Notes under the pieces: model-generated
The model's input: the letters and a program-made list of their open reading frames with translations, nothing else
What the model was told of the DNA's origin: nothing
Databases searched by the model: none
Assembly: GCA_964016885.1 (NCBI GenBank)
Contig: OZ024743.1
Location: 157,604,001-157,668,000, forward strand
Direction of reading: 5' to 3'
DNA from: Eledone cirrhosa
Taxonomy: Eukaryota
Length of the DNA stretch: 64,000 nt
Shown: in pieces, positions 27,031-41,503 of the stretch
How the letters are laid out: each line of letters opens with the position of its first letter
Position numbering within the stretch: position 1 is the first letter of the stretch
Program-made: the position numbers and the translations under genes

Positions 27031-27411
27031 CAAGCACATATAGACAGACAGACAGACAGACAGGCAGAATGGACTGTCGTTCATTTAGACGATGGGTGTT
27101 CTAGTTGTTTCATCAACATGCAATTAACGTGCAAGTAGCTGAGCATCCCACAGATATGGGAATATTTCTCAATGTGATTTAGCGTGACACAGCTTGTGAC
27201 AAGGCTGGTCCTCTAAATTAAATATACAGGCTATAGACGGTATTTTCAAATGTTTTCCGTCTATCAAATTCTACTCAGGAGACATGGGTCGACCTGGGGC
27301 TACGGTATATAACACCTACACAAGATGCTCCGCAGTAGGATCTATCACGAGACCAAATATTTCTGAAGCGAACTTCTTAACGAGTCGTACATGCTGCGTA
27401 CCCACACACAA

Positions 27412-27703
<292 letters not shown>

Positions 27704-27825
27704 GGATTGAGAGGGACGAGACTGCGTGGTGACTGATAACGAATGATAGAAAGTTAAGGGAACACAAACAAGAGATAGATATCAGTTGTCTACTACAGAT
27801 CATATATATGTATGTATGTATGTAT

Positions 27826-28310
27826 GTCGCGTCACTCTTGAGTGCTACTGGTAACACGTAACCCAGTACAACCTGTCGCATGGTCGGGTCGGCGGTGACT
27901 AAACCGGCAACCCCACCAAGTTTACTTGGTAAGGAGGGTGATTTTGGACACCCTGCGGGACAAAAAGCAAAACCTGACAAAGGGCGGAAGAACTCATAAG
28001 AGTCAACAGCCATCCGGAATTGTGTAAATATGTATATACACTTGTACCACGCGGTTAAACCACTGGGAGTGAAGGACTCCTAGCCTTTGTCAGGGCATTC
28101 TACTAGGAGAATGCAACTCAGGAAACTGGGATAACTCCTGCGGCTCAGTAGTTACCGCTCAGAGAGTGGGATTGGCTCAGTGCACAGTCTTTCCTCACTT
28201 TAAAAAATATATTCACGCACAGACATTGCACGACAGAATTAATTAATAATTATTAATAATGGTATATCGTGCAATGGCCATACTCGATAACGAGGGGGCA
28301 GCCATCATGT
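27826..28310 (+). mobile_element. RTE-derived non-autonomous bipartite element (5' leader + 3' end)
   Basis: The 5' part is homologous to 46597-47000. The 3' end TGGCC.TACTCGA.AACGAG..GGCAGCCA.C followed by (ATGT)n is shared with 47175-47207. Confidence 0.65.
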
Positions 28311-28317
28311 ATGTATG

Positions 28318-28400
<83 letters not shown>

Positions 28401-29619
28401 ATTTACACATGACTGCTTATATAAGTGTGTCAGTACATATATATGTGTGTGTGTATGCATGTGTGTGTTTTGGTCACTGTGAGTGCATGCGCCTGTGTGT
28501 GTAAGTGCTTCCATTTTTCCTTTACTGTTTTGTATTTTAATTTTTATTTTCATTCTGTTGTTCTGTACATATATTTCAAAGTTTCCCCCATACAATTTTA
28601 AGCCATCAAATGCATTCTGGAGTGACATCAGAATTGTCACAGGTTTCTTAGATTCTAAAATAAAATAAAATTTGGTAACATGTAAAAGTCATTAAAAGTG
28701 TTTAAAACATTTTTTCTTGGATTCCAGAAATGATGTCATTTTTTATTCACTGACTTGGCAATATTTTCTTTTTTATTCATCACTAATGAAAGCTGACATC
28801 TCTCTAGAATTCTTACCAGCGTAGTATCTAATGACGCATTTATAGCCATACACAAACATACACTATATATATTCTCACTCGAAGTTTTCCTCAGATCAGG
28901 AACTTTCTTTCACCCTTCCTGTGGTCATCAAATAAAAATAGTATACAAGGTCATGTGTCAATGTAACCGACTATCCTCATACTAAAATATTCAGGCCTTG
29001 AAACAGTTATATTTTCTTGTCTATGTGTGTCCTACTGTGTTAGATAAATAAAACACCATGCAATATGTTAAGACAATTCCATATACACCACTTACAACTC
29101 AACAAAATAGATTTTGTCAATGATCATCAGAAATAATCAAATGTGTTAGTTATGAGAGATGTTATGAGGACTTTACCGTGTCATTGTTTGCCTTTTTTAT
29201 TCTGAATTTAAAACTTTAATCTAAATAATTTCAGTATTCTTGGTTCCAGAGCAATGAAAAAAAAAAGGTGCACGAATTAATAGAATCAAATCATAAATTT
29301 CTTTGATCATAATAACCATTTCTTAGAAATACATGATGCTTTACATCTTTTGCAAAGGGAAATTAAAAATTGTGACCTTCATATTTGTGTTGTGCTTATA
29401 GCAGTGTATCGCTATCTCATTTCTTTTAAATAGACATCAAAATAATTGTTTTATCGGAACTGCAAAATTGAGTGTATTAGTGTATATTGAGTGTATTAGT
29501 GTATATAACAGATAGAGATGTTATTTTTAGTGGGGTGTAGTGCAACGATGATTCTACTGGGATCTGAACGTGGGTTTATGAAAGCTGGAATTAAGTATAT
29601 TCTAATGCACTAAGTTTGA

Positions 29620-30016
29620 TACGAGGGCAATACCAAAAGTAAGGTCTACTTCCGATATTGCATCTTTTCCATTAAAATCCTGTGGATGGTGCTTTGGGAA
29701 ACCTCAGGAACCAAAATGCAGAGAGCATCCAGAGTGATCCGCCGATATTTACGCATGTTTTCCTCGGAAGGAGACCTTACTTTTGGGATTGCCCTCTATA
29801 TAATAACTGCGCGAAATTCGCACTTGGCGGTAGCGTTCAATGGGAGCTCCAATCTCAACGGCTGCCAAGCCAAGATTGAGCATCCCAGCGAAGTGCGCGC
29901 ATGCTTGTTTGGGAGTGAAGGAAGCACAAATCACAACAGTGTAGCCAACAGCCGTACGAACAGTTTCTCTGCATCCCCATCGCTTTGGAGACCTTACTTT
30001 TGGGATTACCCTCGTA
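29620..30016. mobile_element. Tc1/mariner-type MITE with TA TSD and an extra internal right TIR
   Basis: TA|CGAGGGCAATACCAAAAGTAAGGTCT ... AGACCTTACTTTTGGGATTACCCTCG|TA; a second copy of the right TIR lies at 29772-29799. Confidence 0.85.
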
Positions 30017-31580
30017 CTTAGTCGTGCTAATCATCACCACACGTCGGGTAGATATTTGAGCAAGGTCTCAACTTTATAGAAGTCGCTTGTTGTTTACGGA
30101 ATCGACTCCTTTACTTATCCGGTTACTTATTTTAACGATCCTGGTGAGAATAAAATCAAAGTCATCACTAAGTTTAATTGAACTAGGAAAAATAAAGAGG
30201 TATAATTAAACAACGCTAGATAGTGAGTTTTCTTCTTATATTGGCTCAGGTTTTTGAGAGAGATCAAAATCAATGTATCATATCTCGGTACATGAAAATC
30301 AAAAACGGGATAATGGCAGGTAAAGCTGAATGCATTATAAATTTAAATGAACATAACGAAACATCCAAATACAGTTTTTCTTCCTCTCTACAGGTGTTCA
30401 GCATATTTCATTTTTACTTTTCTGGGTCTTCTAACAGTTTCCAAGTTGAATTGTTAACATTTCTTACCTGTGTAGAATAAATATTTAACGTTTCAAAATC
30501 TGGTGTAAGATTTAGTACATATATTGTATGGCTTAGACAAAGTAAAATGGATAATACCCATGATATGTGTAGCTTACATAGCTGGTGTGTGAAGAAAGAA
30601 AGAAAGAAAGCTACTACAACTCAGGCTACTAATGTGATTGGTTAAAACAAAGTGAACTCTGTTAGAGCAGATGATAGTATTTAACTTGGCAATAGATTCA
30701 GTTGTACAGCTAAGGCATATTTATTCTCTGTCTTGTAGTGATTAAATGTGATTCGTTGGGTTATAGAAGCCCAACATGAAGAGCTCGTCTTCATAAACTG
30801 TTTCTAGGGTAGGTGAAACCATTGCTCTCCAAACCACACATTAGAGTACATTTCAACTCAACACTGCTTCATACTGAAATATTCGTCAATCATATAAAGC
30901 CTCTACCTTTAAGAGCAGTGATTATCATCACACCAAAGTACCTATTTGCAGCTAGATGTGTAGAGTCATTGAAGGTTATGTGACATTAAAAGATTACACT
31001 TCTACTAACATCTGTTCAGCAAAACCAGCTGTTTCTTGAATTGATTAAACGGAAATAGAAAAAAATAATATTCTTCGTATAAAAAGCAAATACTTAACAT
31101 TTAATTGGAAATACTAAATAAAAAAGGCACAGTTAAAGAAACTATGAGAAATATTTACAGTTTATCTCGTAAGAAAATGTACAAGACGGAAAGTAGACAA
31201 GAGAACAATAATATCTCTTAAAGTAAAGAAATGAAATTATTGACTTAAACACTCATTAATCTTAATGTATTAAGTACAGACATATGGCTGACTTCCAAGT
31301 AGGTATCAGACGTTCTAATAATTGACCAGCGAAAGCCAAAAACATCTAGACAGATAGATATACATATAATTAGAAAAATACATAGGTAAATAAATGGATA
31401 AACAGACAAAATATTTATAGTTAATATATGATAATATTCTGCTACAATCACTGTCTGTAAAACCTAAACATGGAAGGAAAGATATAATCTACTGTGCTCA
31501 AAATATTTATATCCTTTGTAAAACAATTGTCTGGAAATATATATATATAACATTAAAGGATAAATACACACACTACACCC

Positions 31581-31611
<31 letters not shown>

Positions 31612-34600
31612 CGCGCGTACGTATGTATTTATGTAAGTATGCATACATGTATGTAAATATATATACATATACATATGGAAGCTGATGGAACAGATAGGAA
31701 ACAAGCCACACTACATGCTCAAATAGCCGCCATTCCAAGAAATAGTCGACAGAAACATCTACCATTCGCTAAGTCCTTGTTCACTAAGTGTATAGAGCCT
31801 CTGTGCTAAGTTAAAGCCTATTTGTCCCACAAGTAATATTTGATTGGCAGTTTTGTCACAGCGTAGAGCAAAATGTCTTACGATATACTTTAGGAGTCTG
31901 CGATTTGTGTTCAAATTGCACTAAAATGGCAAATTCGCATTTCACCATTCCTAGATTGACAAATAAAGTATCATTCTAGAAGCGTGAGTTTGTGAAGTTA
32001 TTAAAACCCCAGAAAATATGGTTTGTGGTATTTCTTCTGGCTCTTTCCTTTCTAAGTTTATATCCCGCTGTAGCCTGCGTGGGTGGTAAACTTAATCCAA
32101 CTTGTACATGTGCAGAAATGGCAGTGTAGTAAAGAAGTTTTCATCTCAACCATGCAGAGGCGGCGTTTATACGATTGTATAGCACTGTGAGTGTCTTCTA
32201 TCATAGGATTGTATGGTCCAGTACCTTATGGAAGTAATGTACTTGTCGTATGTGAGTGGGTATATTCCGATCGTGTGTTTAGGTAAATAATATTAACATT
32301 GGTAAGAAATTGAAACCCCGTAGTCATAAATGCAGTGGAAACTGCTAACTAGGATTTAAAATAAATAAATAAATAGATAAATAAATAGATAAATAAATAA
32401 TAGTACAGCATGTTTATGTATATCTTCATATACTTAGATAAGCAGGCTGGTAATGTGCAGTTCAAATGCCACCAAACACTGAATGATCTCCCAGTAAATG
32501 GCTACTTCGATATTTAAATATCATCTTTTCTCATAAAGTATAGAATAATCATTTGAAAGACTTACAGCTAAAAGTACATATGTTTCATTGATCTTCGCGT
32601 TACGTAAGTATTTTTAGAGCTATTGTAATCAATTATTCTTTATTGGATTTTATGTTACATAGTCTTGCTTCATTATGACTTATTGTGTTATAGAAACCTA
32701 CTTGACATGCAGTTATTGTGCTATTAACAGACTCTTGTCTAATTTAGTTATTCGTGTATAAAGCAAGAATTTCGTTTTTTTCTAGAAATATATATATAAG
32801 TTTATTGTATGACTTAAAGTATAGAATATGAAAATGGACCTTCGTAGATTGGATGATGAGTGCTCCAGTTGTTCAACTAATTGTACAGCCTGTCCCTGAA
32901 ACCAAACAAACTTAACATATACGTGTAGACTTAACGAAATTCTCAAAGAGATTCAATGTGTGGTAAAACTAGTATTTTTAATTACATGTGCATTCTATGC
33001 AACGGAGTTCGAAAGAGTTTCTGTTTACCTATTTTCAGTCACAAGGCTTCAGTTTACTTGATGCTTTAGTAAATGGCATCTGCCGAAGATGTGCGATCGA
33101 ACTCGGAACCTTATAATCACACAGCAAACGTCTTAACGATTTGGCCTTGCTGTGTCCACAACTTTGATAATACTTTGTAATAACTAACAGATTTAAAGTT
33201 TGATTTTGTGGCTGTTGTTTATTATTTGAACTTCACATGATAATAATTCAATTTTGATTACCAGTTTGCTTTTTATTTCATCTTCGTTAGGACTTCATTA
33301 AAACGCAAATATAATTTAGAATAACGTCGATGAGTTTAGGATATCTTCTCTAAACCCGTGTTTAATTATACATTGGCAACATCGTCATTGTACTCTCAAC
33401 TAGGAATAATGAGATGTAGCTGATTTAGTCAGTCAGTGGTTTCTTTCGCAATCAATTCTCATGAAATTACAATAATTAATAATATTGATTACATACTAAA
33501 ATTGCGATAAGGCGGGATGGTATTACGATTCATTAGCAGCTAATTGATGCAGCCTAAGTCGGGGTGAGAGAAGATCAATTAGGGGACGAAATAACTACCC
33601 ATGAATTATAGCTAATTTTTGGTGATAATTTGGATTAACCTTTATCTGTTCATCTCATCTTGGACATATTTATTTGATCGGTTTTCTACCCATAACTATT
33701 TCGCTTTTACTGTGAGCATATCATTTTGCGATTTAGACATAAGACAGTTCATCTTTCTTTTAAATTAGATGAGCCATCTGTTCTTGGAGATTTGCCTTCT
33801 ACCTAAAGGATGCCGAGATAGTATCCCTCATTTTCTGCAGGTAGATGTGTAAGGGGATATTGAAGATAGCCAATTAATTAATTAGTCAAACTTGGACCCA
33901 TTCGAGAGAACATAGAATGAATAAAAATAAAATTTCTAAATAAAATAATATTTGCTCTGAGAATAATTGGCGACTACCATATGTATTCTTGTTTTACCCT
34001 TGCTTCCACGAAACTATAAATAACATTATACAGCACACTGTAATCTTTTCTTACTGGAATGAGAATACTGACTCCTTCTATCAGAAGTACCTATTTGCAC
34101 AAACAATTCAGATGTAAATTCTGATTAACCTTATCAGATTTTGTGTAAGAGTAACCTTATTCCATGTATCTATGAAGATGGGTAGTGTTAACCACGTTGC
34201 AGGTCCTTGCCAAAACAATTTGTGATAGCTACGAAAATATGCTGAACGGGGATGTCGTTTTATATTCTATCTTATGACGTTCAGTAAATATTCCCTGGCG
34301 GATGTGACACCGATGTACTCATTAAGATATTGATTGAATTTACAGCTTTATAACAAATAATCATTGTATAGAAAATCTCTGCTATGCTTTCTCTTGTTGT
34401 GTTGGGTTTCTTTTTTTTTTGTTTTGTTTTTCCTGTGATGAGGTGAGCGTTTATATATGTTATTTATACCGATATAAAGCTATATGTTTCGTCACATTTG
34501 TTTAAAAAATTGAACTTAATCATTCGATAAATAGTCATCGAATACATACGAACGCGGCTGAAATAAGTAAAGAGGTTGGTATGATCGATTAAAAAGGAAG

Positions 34601-35045
34601 TGGCCCAAGTATGGTTTCAATTCATATCAGACCCAAAACATCTGATGTCAAATTAGAGCACCCCAAATCCATCAAGATGTTCATGTGAGGCTCATTTATA
34701 AATGTCAATTCAAATATGTTACAATTTCGATATATAGACATTAAACGTATGTGAATAAAATATAAGAGAATTTAAAATATATACTATAAAAGCTAAGAGC
34801 ATTTGGCATGAACAAATATATAACATACATTTTAAACAAAAATTCTAAGGAAAATTCGAGGCCAAGAGCAAACTGCTTATTAGGTTTATCATCTTGAGTG
34901 AATAACATATAAACGATTTAAAGATTGTTACAGATAGAAAGCGACGACGGACACAGTTCATTGATAACTTACATGCTACCATACATAAATTCTTTATTTT
35001 ACAACTATGTATTATGAAGTACTTTTTCATCCCATATTTACATGA

Positions 35046-35109
<64 letters not shown>

Positions 35110-35413
35110 TATAGCGCAGCTCTCTACAACACAGTTTTGTTGCTACCATGCTACCATTCGTTTCCAATACCACATTTGCCTTCGTTTGTGCATATCCATT
35201 CCTCATGCGAGACCTTCGTTTAGCCAACTATAAGACACAGATGGGTGGTGTTATTTCTTTGGGATCTCATTCGTTGCAAAGGGATAACACTTTACCTTAA
35301 TTAACAGTTTGTTTTGTTTTTTTATCAATGCGAATAACTCTCGCTAATTTTGCATTTATTTCGTTAAGCTTATTGATATTATATTAAGGTGTTGCTTATT
35401 GATATTATACTAA

Positions 35414-35605
35414 GGGCGGTGGATTAGCACTATCGGTAGAGGGTCGGACGCTATGCTTTGCATCAAAGAGTTACGGCCCTTTATGATCTGAGTTCAAATC
35501 CCGCCGAGATTAACTTTACCTTTCATCCTTACGGGGTCGATAACATAAAGTACCAGTAATACACTGGAATAATTGCTGGCATTGTGCCAAAAATAGAAAC
35601 AATTA
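35414..35605 (+). mobile_element. tRNA-derived SINE
   Basis: A/B boxes and family body; TATTATATTAAGGTGTTGC is repeated on both flanks. Confidence 0.85.
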
Positions 35606-36714
35606 TATTAAGGTGTTGCGAAATACACTATATATGTGTGTGTATACAATTATACGTATCCCGGTGTGTGATCATTGAAGCTGGTTGTATAATTGTGATA
35701 TTATTGGTTCATGGAGAGTATATGTGTCTTAATATTTGGGCATTTTCTGAACACTTTGACTTTACGCTTCTATCAATTTGGCGAGGAGTTCAAACTCTGC
35801 AAGATTCTGTATTTTTCACTAATAAAAAGTGCACGTCCTTTGGTTCCTTTAATGCAGGCCTTGGTTTACTCCAGGATCTTCCATTCCAGCTTGTATGGTA
35901 TGTTTTATTTCTTTAAGCTTCCAAACTCGGGTGGCCATTGCCATTGTTCTTACCATATGTTGGTATCAAAATGACGCGATATTTGCGGACGTTTGTCATT
36001 CTCACATAACGTTCACTTGCTGCCATTTGGCCGTTTACAGTTGGTATAATAGGGGTTTCATAGGCGAGAAATTTGGTGTTACATCTATGTTGTAGTGGGC
36101 GTTCCTCCTTTTTCTTACATCGTGTGTTGTCATCTGATGTTCATTTTGCAGTTATGTTTGAATTCATCAATGGGCCGCAGGAGTAGCTAACTTTGACCGG
36201 CTGCCTGCTAAATATCTTACTATACCGGTGCTGAAATGGAAAGTGCTTATCTATTAATTGTAAGAATTTTCTACGGATTTAGCCTTCACTGCTACATAGT
36301 AGGGTGGTGTGAACCAAATGAACTTTCTAATCTTATTCTTACTCTTATTTTGATTACTAGACTTTGGTATATATGTAGTCTTCTCCTTGAAACCACTATC
36401 ATTGATTGATTTATCATAATGTTTCATGCTCGGGATACCCGTGTCGGTTGAATTCTAAACCCGTGATTGGTCATTCTGTATCCTTATGTGTGTCTGGCTG
36501 GTTCGTCCACAGATTTCTTGTGATTTTTGTTGTGTTAACACTGGTCTGAGGATCAGGCAGGCTAGTAGTCTGGGCTGGGATAACCCCAGATCAAGAGCTG
36601 GTTGCTTGAGAAACATTTGTAACCAGGATTGAGCAATAAATCTCCTATGTATCACTATCAATTTGTTCGGTGGATTGGCATTATCGGGAGAGGGTCGGAC
36701 GCCATGCTTTGACG

Positions 36715-37120
36715 CATCTACTACCGCCTGACAGACGTGCCTTGTGCTAAGCCTCGTTTGACTGCACTGAAGCCTTTGCTCTTCCGATTTTTCTGGAGGG
36801 CCGTCTCCTATGGTCAGGCAGTCCATTTGCTGTCAACACCCGCCACATGGAGGGCTGGGCATTCCGTGGCTGATGATGCGCAGATTTGAGCTCAGGCTAC
36901 GGAATCTCCACCTCGTCCTCGACGGTCAACAGCTGTTTGCTAGACGCATTTTTACCCAGCTCGTCTCCTTGACGGAGCTGCAGTCCTGTGTCAAGCGAAG
37001 AGGGAGCGCTTGGAGAATGGAATATCTTCAGGCACTCACAGCCCTCGAACAATCAGGCGATGCATTCGGGGGAACTCCACCTTGGCGTTCTATAGAGGGT
37101 TAGTAGAGGGAAAGAGGGAC
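36715..37120 (+). mobile_element. Internal fragment of the Tx1 family seen at 8.3-14 kb
   Basis: Homologous to 12780-13200 (GGLGIPWLMMRR..LRLR, QLVSLTELQS). Confidence 0.82.
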
Positions 37121-37124
37121 GACT

Positions 37125-37350
37125 CTGGCTTATGCTCATACCACTCCCCAGAATGTGGTAAATTATTTAGTTTGCATAAATGCCAGTGAATCACATTTCC
37201 TGTCATATCATGCCTTCAGTCTTTATAGTGATTCAGGGCTAGGTGTTTACATTCGGATACTATGTGAGCCACAGTCTCCTCTCTCTATCCCTATATCCTA
37301 CAGAGTGAGCTAGCCTCCTCCTTTTCAATATGGTGTTTCACCCACTTCGT
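37125..37350 (-). mobile_element. Dong (second family) fragment, CCHC region
   Basis: Homologous to 6822-7050. Confidence 0.78.
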
Positions 37351-37387
37351 TCTTCTTCGTATTATTATTAATTCACGACCCTTGCCA

Positions 37388-37712
37388 TTCTGAGTTCAAA
37401 TCCCGCTGAAGTTAACTTTGCCTTTCATCCTTACGGGGTCGATAAAATAAAGTAGCAGTAATGCACTGATATTTGATGGCCTTGCGCCAAGTGTAGAAAC
37501 AATTATTATCAATTCAGGGCGGTGAAATGGCAGTATCGCTAGAGGGTCGGACTCCATGCTTTCCAGCATAGTTACGTCCCTTTTATGGTCTGAGTTCAAA
37601 TCTCGTTGAGGTTAACTTTGCCTTTCATCCTTACGAGGTCGATAAAATAAAGTACCAGTAATGTACTGGGTCATTGCTGGACTTGTGCCAAAAGTAGAAA
37701 CAATTATTATTA
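37388..37712 (+). mobile_element. Two tandem SINE copies
   Basis: B-box and family body occur twice, each with an ACAATTATTAT tail. Confidence 0.85.
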
Positions 37713-37879
37713 ATTTTTACATGGTTTTTCTGCATCACTTGTGTACATCTGTGAGCAGCATTTTTCTTGAGTGGAAGTCAATACATCAGTCTTTTTTGTA
37801 TTTTATTTATTTCATATATTATTTCAGCTTTTATTCTCTTATATGTAGTATGGGTAATGTGAGTTGTGTTATTTTATTG

Positions 37880-38660
37880 GGGGTTAATATTTTTGAGTAT
37901 ATATTGTGTGAGCTGTGATGTTTTATTTTATTAGTTCCTTATTTTATAGTGTGCTATATATGAAAATTGTTCTATTTGTGCTGAGCTATCGAATCGATAA
38001 TATCTTGCACAGAATGTGGGCTGTTTGTAGCAGATCTATTTTGGAGACTCTGTGTAGTGTTGTAAGTCATGGTATAACGTCTATGATTGTTTTCATAATT
38101 TTTATCATATCTAGTGCTTTAATTATTATTGGCATTGTTTTACCTTTAGTTTCAGGTTCCAATTCTTTTCGGGTAATATATTGGTCAGAAGGGAATCCAA
38201 TATATATCGATGTGTAAGTGTTCTGTCTTTTTTTCAATCCTTAATTATGTCTTGATCTATGTTATGATTGTGACCAAGTTATTGTCATGTACCACTTTTG
38301 GTACATTATTATATTACTTCTTGTCCGGGTTTACATTGAAGTGTTGGCATACTGCCCAGCGGATATTGCTACCAGCTTAATGATTTCTCTGTATCTGTTC
38401 AGACTTGGCTAAGACTGGTAAACCGGATGTGACGTTTTCAACCGCCCGTCTCATTGTCATGGTTGGGCATTCAGCATCTGGTGATAGGATCCGTTTTCAT
38501 TAGTTTATGCTTATACATGTTTATGGTCAGACATTGGTCTAGTGAAGCAAAAATTAGTTCTTCAGTGTCTGCTTTTACTCCAGATCTTTTGAGCCAGTGT
38601 TGTCTTTCACTTTGCTTACTTCTCTATTAACCATTGCTGGGTATTGAGAATTGATTGATT
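37880..38660 (-). mobile_element. Highly decayed R4/Dong 3' remnant
   Basis: Minus-strand translation near 38600 reads HWLKRSGVKADTE (compare WLAFSGLKSETEG in the 2.5-3 kb ORF). Confidence 0.55.
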
Positions 38661-39011
38661 TTTCTCTCCGTTGCACATACGTATATGTATTTGTGTGTGT
38701 ATGTGTGTGTGTATGTATATGTGTTTATGTCTATAATATAGCGTGTAAAATATTACAGACATAAAATATAATGTGTGTATATTATGTGTTTATGTGTGTG
38801 AGTGTGTGTTTATGTCTATAGTACACCGTTTCTGCAGAAAAAGGTTTGATACAATGACTAAAGCTGAAAACAAGTATTTCGGTCGATGTTGTCGACTAGA
38901 CCACAGCAGAGCACCAGCATGGCCACGATCTTGAAACAATAAAAAGTAAAAGAATATACGTAAAGAGAGAGGGAGAAAGAGAGAGATTGGGAAGTAGAGG
39001 TTTATGTATAT

Positions 39012-39099
39012 GTACATACATACATACATACATACATACATACATACATACATACATACATACATACATACATACATACATACATACATACATACATAC
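39012..39099. repeat. (TACA)n microsatellite
   Basis: Direct inspection. Confidence 0.97.
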
Positions 39100-41189
39100 A
39101 AGCTGTACTTACTATTGCCAACATTTTATAACTAAAATTATTTGCTCACCACTAACGGAAGTGTCTCGGTTATGTTCGTTTCTTAAGACGCAGATAATTG
39201 CCATTCTGTCAAAATACGTTATTCTTGTAAAGCATCCGCTAACAGTGTTTGTAATTTAGTAGTTAATTTGTCCGAAAACGTAGACCAAAGCTTTTCTCGG
39301 TAATTTAGTTCCGATGTTAATTAAGTCATGCTGTTACAATTACCTTTTGACACTATTCTGGTCTCGTACATTTAATAGCTAGTTACACTTCGTAGCCAAT
39401 GAAATATCTTCAGCTAATGAATCACCACTTTCATTATAGCTAATCTGGTGTTAGTTATGAATTCTAAATGACTGTGTAGGAATGGGTGTGGGAAAAGCCT
39501 GCCAATGAGGGTTTTCAGAGAATAGAATATATGAGAGGGGAACGAGAGAGAGAGAATGAAATGAGAGGGAGAGAGATACAATAACATATTGCAGAAAGAC
39601 ATTGCTGTATCGTAAATAAAACGTAAATGAAAAAGAAATAGTTGTTTGTCAAATATCTTTATATTTGAAAATACATGCTATGAGCTTCGTTTTATTTTCT
39701 GAGTCTAATTCGCGAAATCATAATACTATAGTTTAAGGACTTAATTATGTAATTCTAACTTGATTTCTGTCACTTACTGGTTCCATTACAATTCGTCGGT
39801 GCTATTACGAATTAATAGCAAAATGCAAGCGTCATTTGCAGAGTGGATGTGTTCGAATTCAGGCAGGAATATGACACCTGATGACCCTTGAATATCAAAC
39901 TGATTGAATCATACCATAGACATGATTATTTTAAATGTTTCATCGCTGAAGATGAGCTTACTATTCCTAAAATATATAACCATATTAACAATAACTCATA
40001 CCAGACATTTAATAAATACTTGTTTATATAAAACATATTAAATGATTTGTATTTGAAATCCTGTGCTTGGGAAATAATAGAAACAATGGAAAAAGACTGC
40101 CTTAAATAAAGAAAGTTCCCTTTAGCTGATATGATTCTATAAAACCGTAAAACAACGAAATAGTTCCGAGTGGGATTCCCTTTATCATAGATCTGTTTAA
40201 TCGAGGTTGACCTTTGAATAAACAACCACAACACTAACAACAATAAGATCAACAACAACAACAGTTCTGTTAAGAAATTATAAACTTATGGCAATGAATT
40301 TGCAAGATAAAAACTTAGACGAAATTCTCTAAGCTGAAACAGTTATCTTCGTGTGATCCGTTAAAACTGCTAAACATTTCATTACAAATAATTTTCTAGT
40401 AAGCTCCTGCATTATGTGTACAAATATGCCATCATCTGCAATACAAATTATTGCCTTAACATCCTGTCGCTACGTATTTCATGTGTGTAACAAACAAACC
40501 AAGTTTAAGAGTGGCAGAATATATGGAAAAAGAGAAGATAAAGATAGATTGACACCAAAATTAAAGCGAGAGTAAATGACAGAAACGAATTGCAGATTAA
40601 AGAGGAAAGCGAAAGATAGCAGTGTGTTACATGAAGTCAGACAAAATTGGAGTATGTGAGAAAAACTAAAATAAGAGAAACAACAAAAAGACAAGGAAAA
40701 CTAAGAAAAAAGGATATGGGAATATAAATGTGTGGTGAAAGGAGAAAGACGTCTCCGAATTGCAGACGTGTAATGGGTAGAAGGGATAGAAACGGATGAC
40801 AAAATAGAAAGCATTTACGTGGATACGTTGCGATACCAAGAAATTATTGTACATGGATGTTGTTAGGAATATTACTGAGTGGTTTACTCGGATGTTGTAC
40901 GTTGCAATTTGATTGAATATTTTAGCCAATTGCTTTGGGATGATACTTTTTAAATAGCTTGTTCACCTTTTCATGTGAGAGGTGGACCTATCCCCAGACT
41001 GAAGGCTTGGTCTGAATGCTTCCAAAAAGAATACACTCCCATACAGGGACCAGCGAGGAGCAGGAACATTCTTTCTAAGGGGACTTCATGCTGTTTTGTT
41101 AATCAAATTTTATGCACAAGTATTTAGGCGATCAGGGTCATTTGGTAGAAAACAATTGCTTAGTGAAGGAATAATTAGGAAGGATTGGT

Positions 41190-41244
<55 letters not shown>

Positions 41245-41247
<3 letters not shown>

Positions 41248-41503
41248 AATTAGTATATCTACCAACATATATATACAGATGCATACCTATGCTAGCAAAT
41301 ATATAGGTTTTGTCTTAGTAACTTTGTGGTTCAATGCAAGGGGATGCAGAACAATTATATGAAAGACGTAAAATAAGAAAATTATAAAAATTAACTTACT
41401 TACTAAAATTTCACTTCAACTAATTAGTTTCTGAAAGGGAATAAACATGGTTTCCGAATGGAACACATGGAGAATGCCTTTCGTTATTTTACGTCTTTCA
41501 TAT
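41245..41503 (-). mobile_element. PLE pLTR/tail fragment with a short inverted arm, between (TA)n; same family as 56377-56585
   Basis: Half hammerhead on minus (GAAAGG..CCTTTC-A-GAAA-CTAATTAG-TT); inverted arms 41357-41378 and 41484-41505. Confidence 0.65.
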
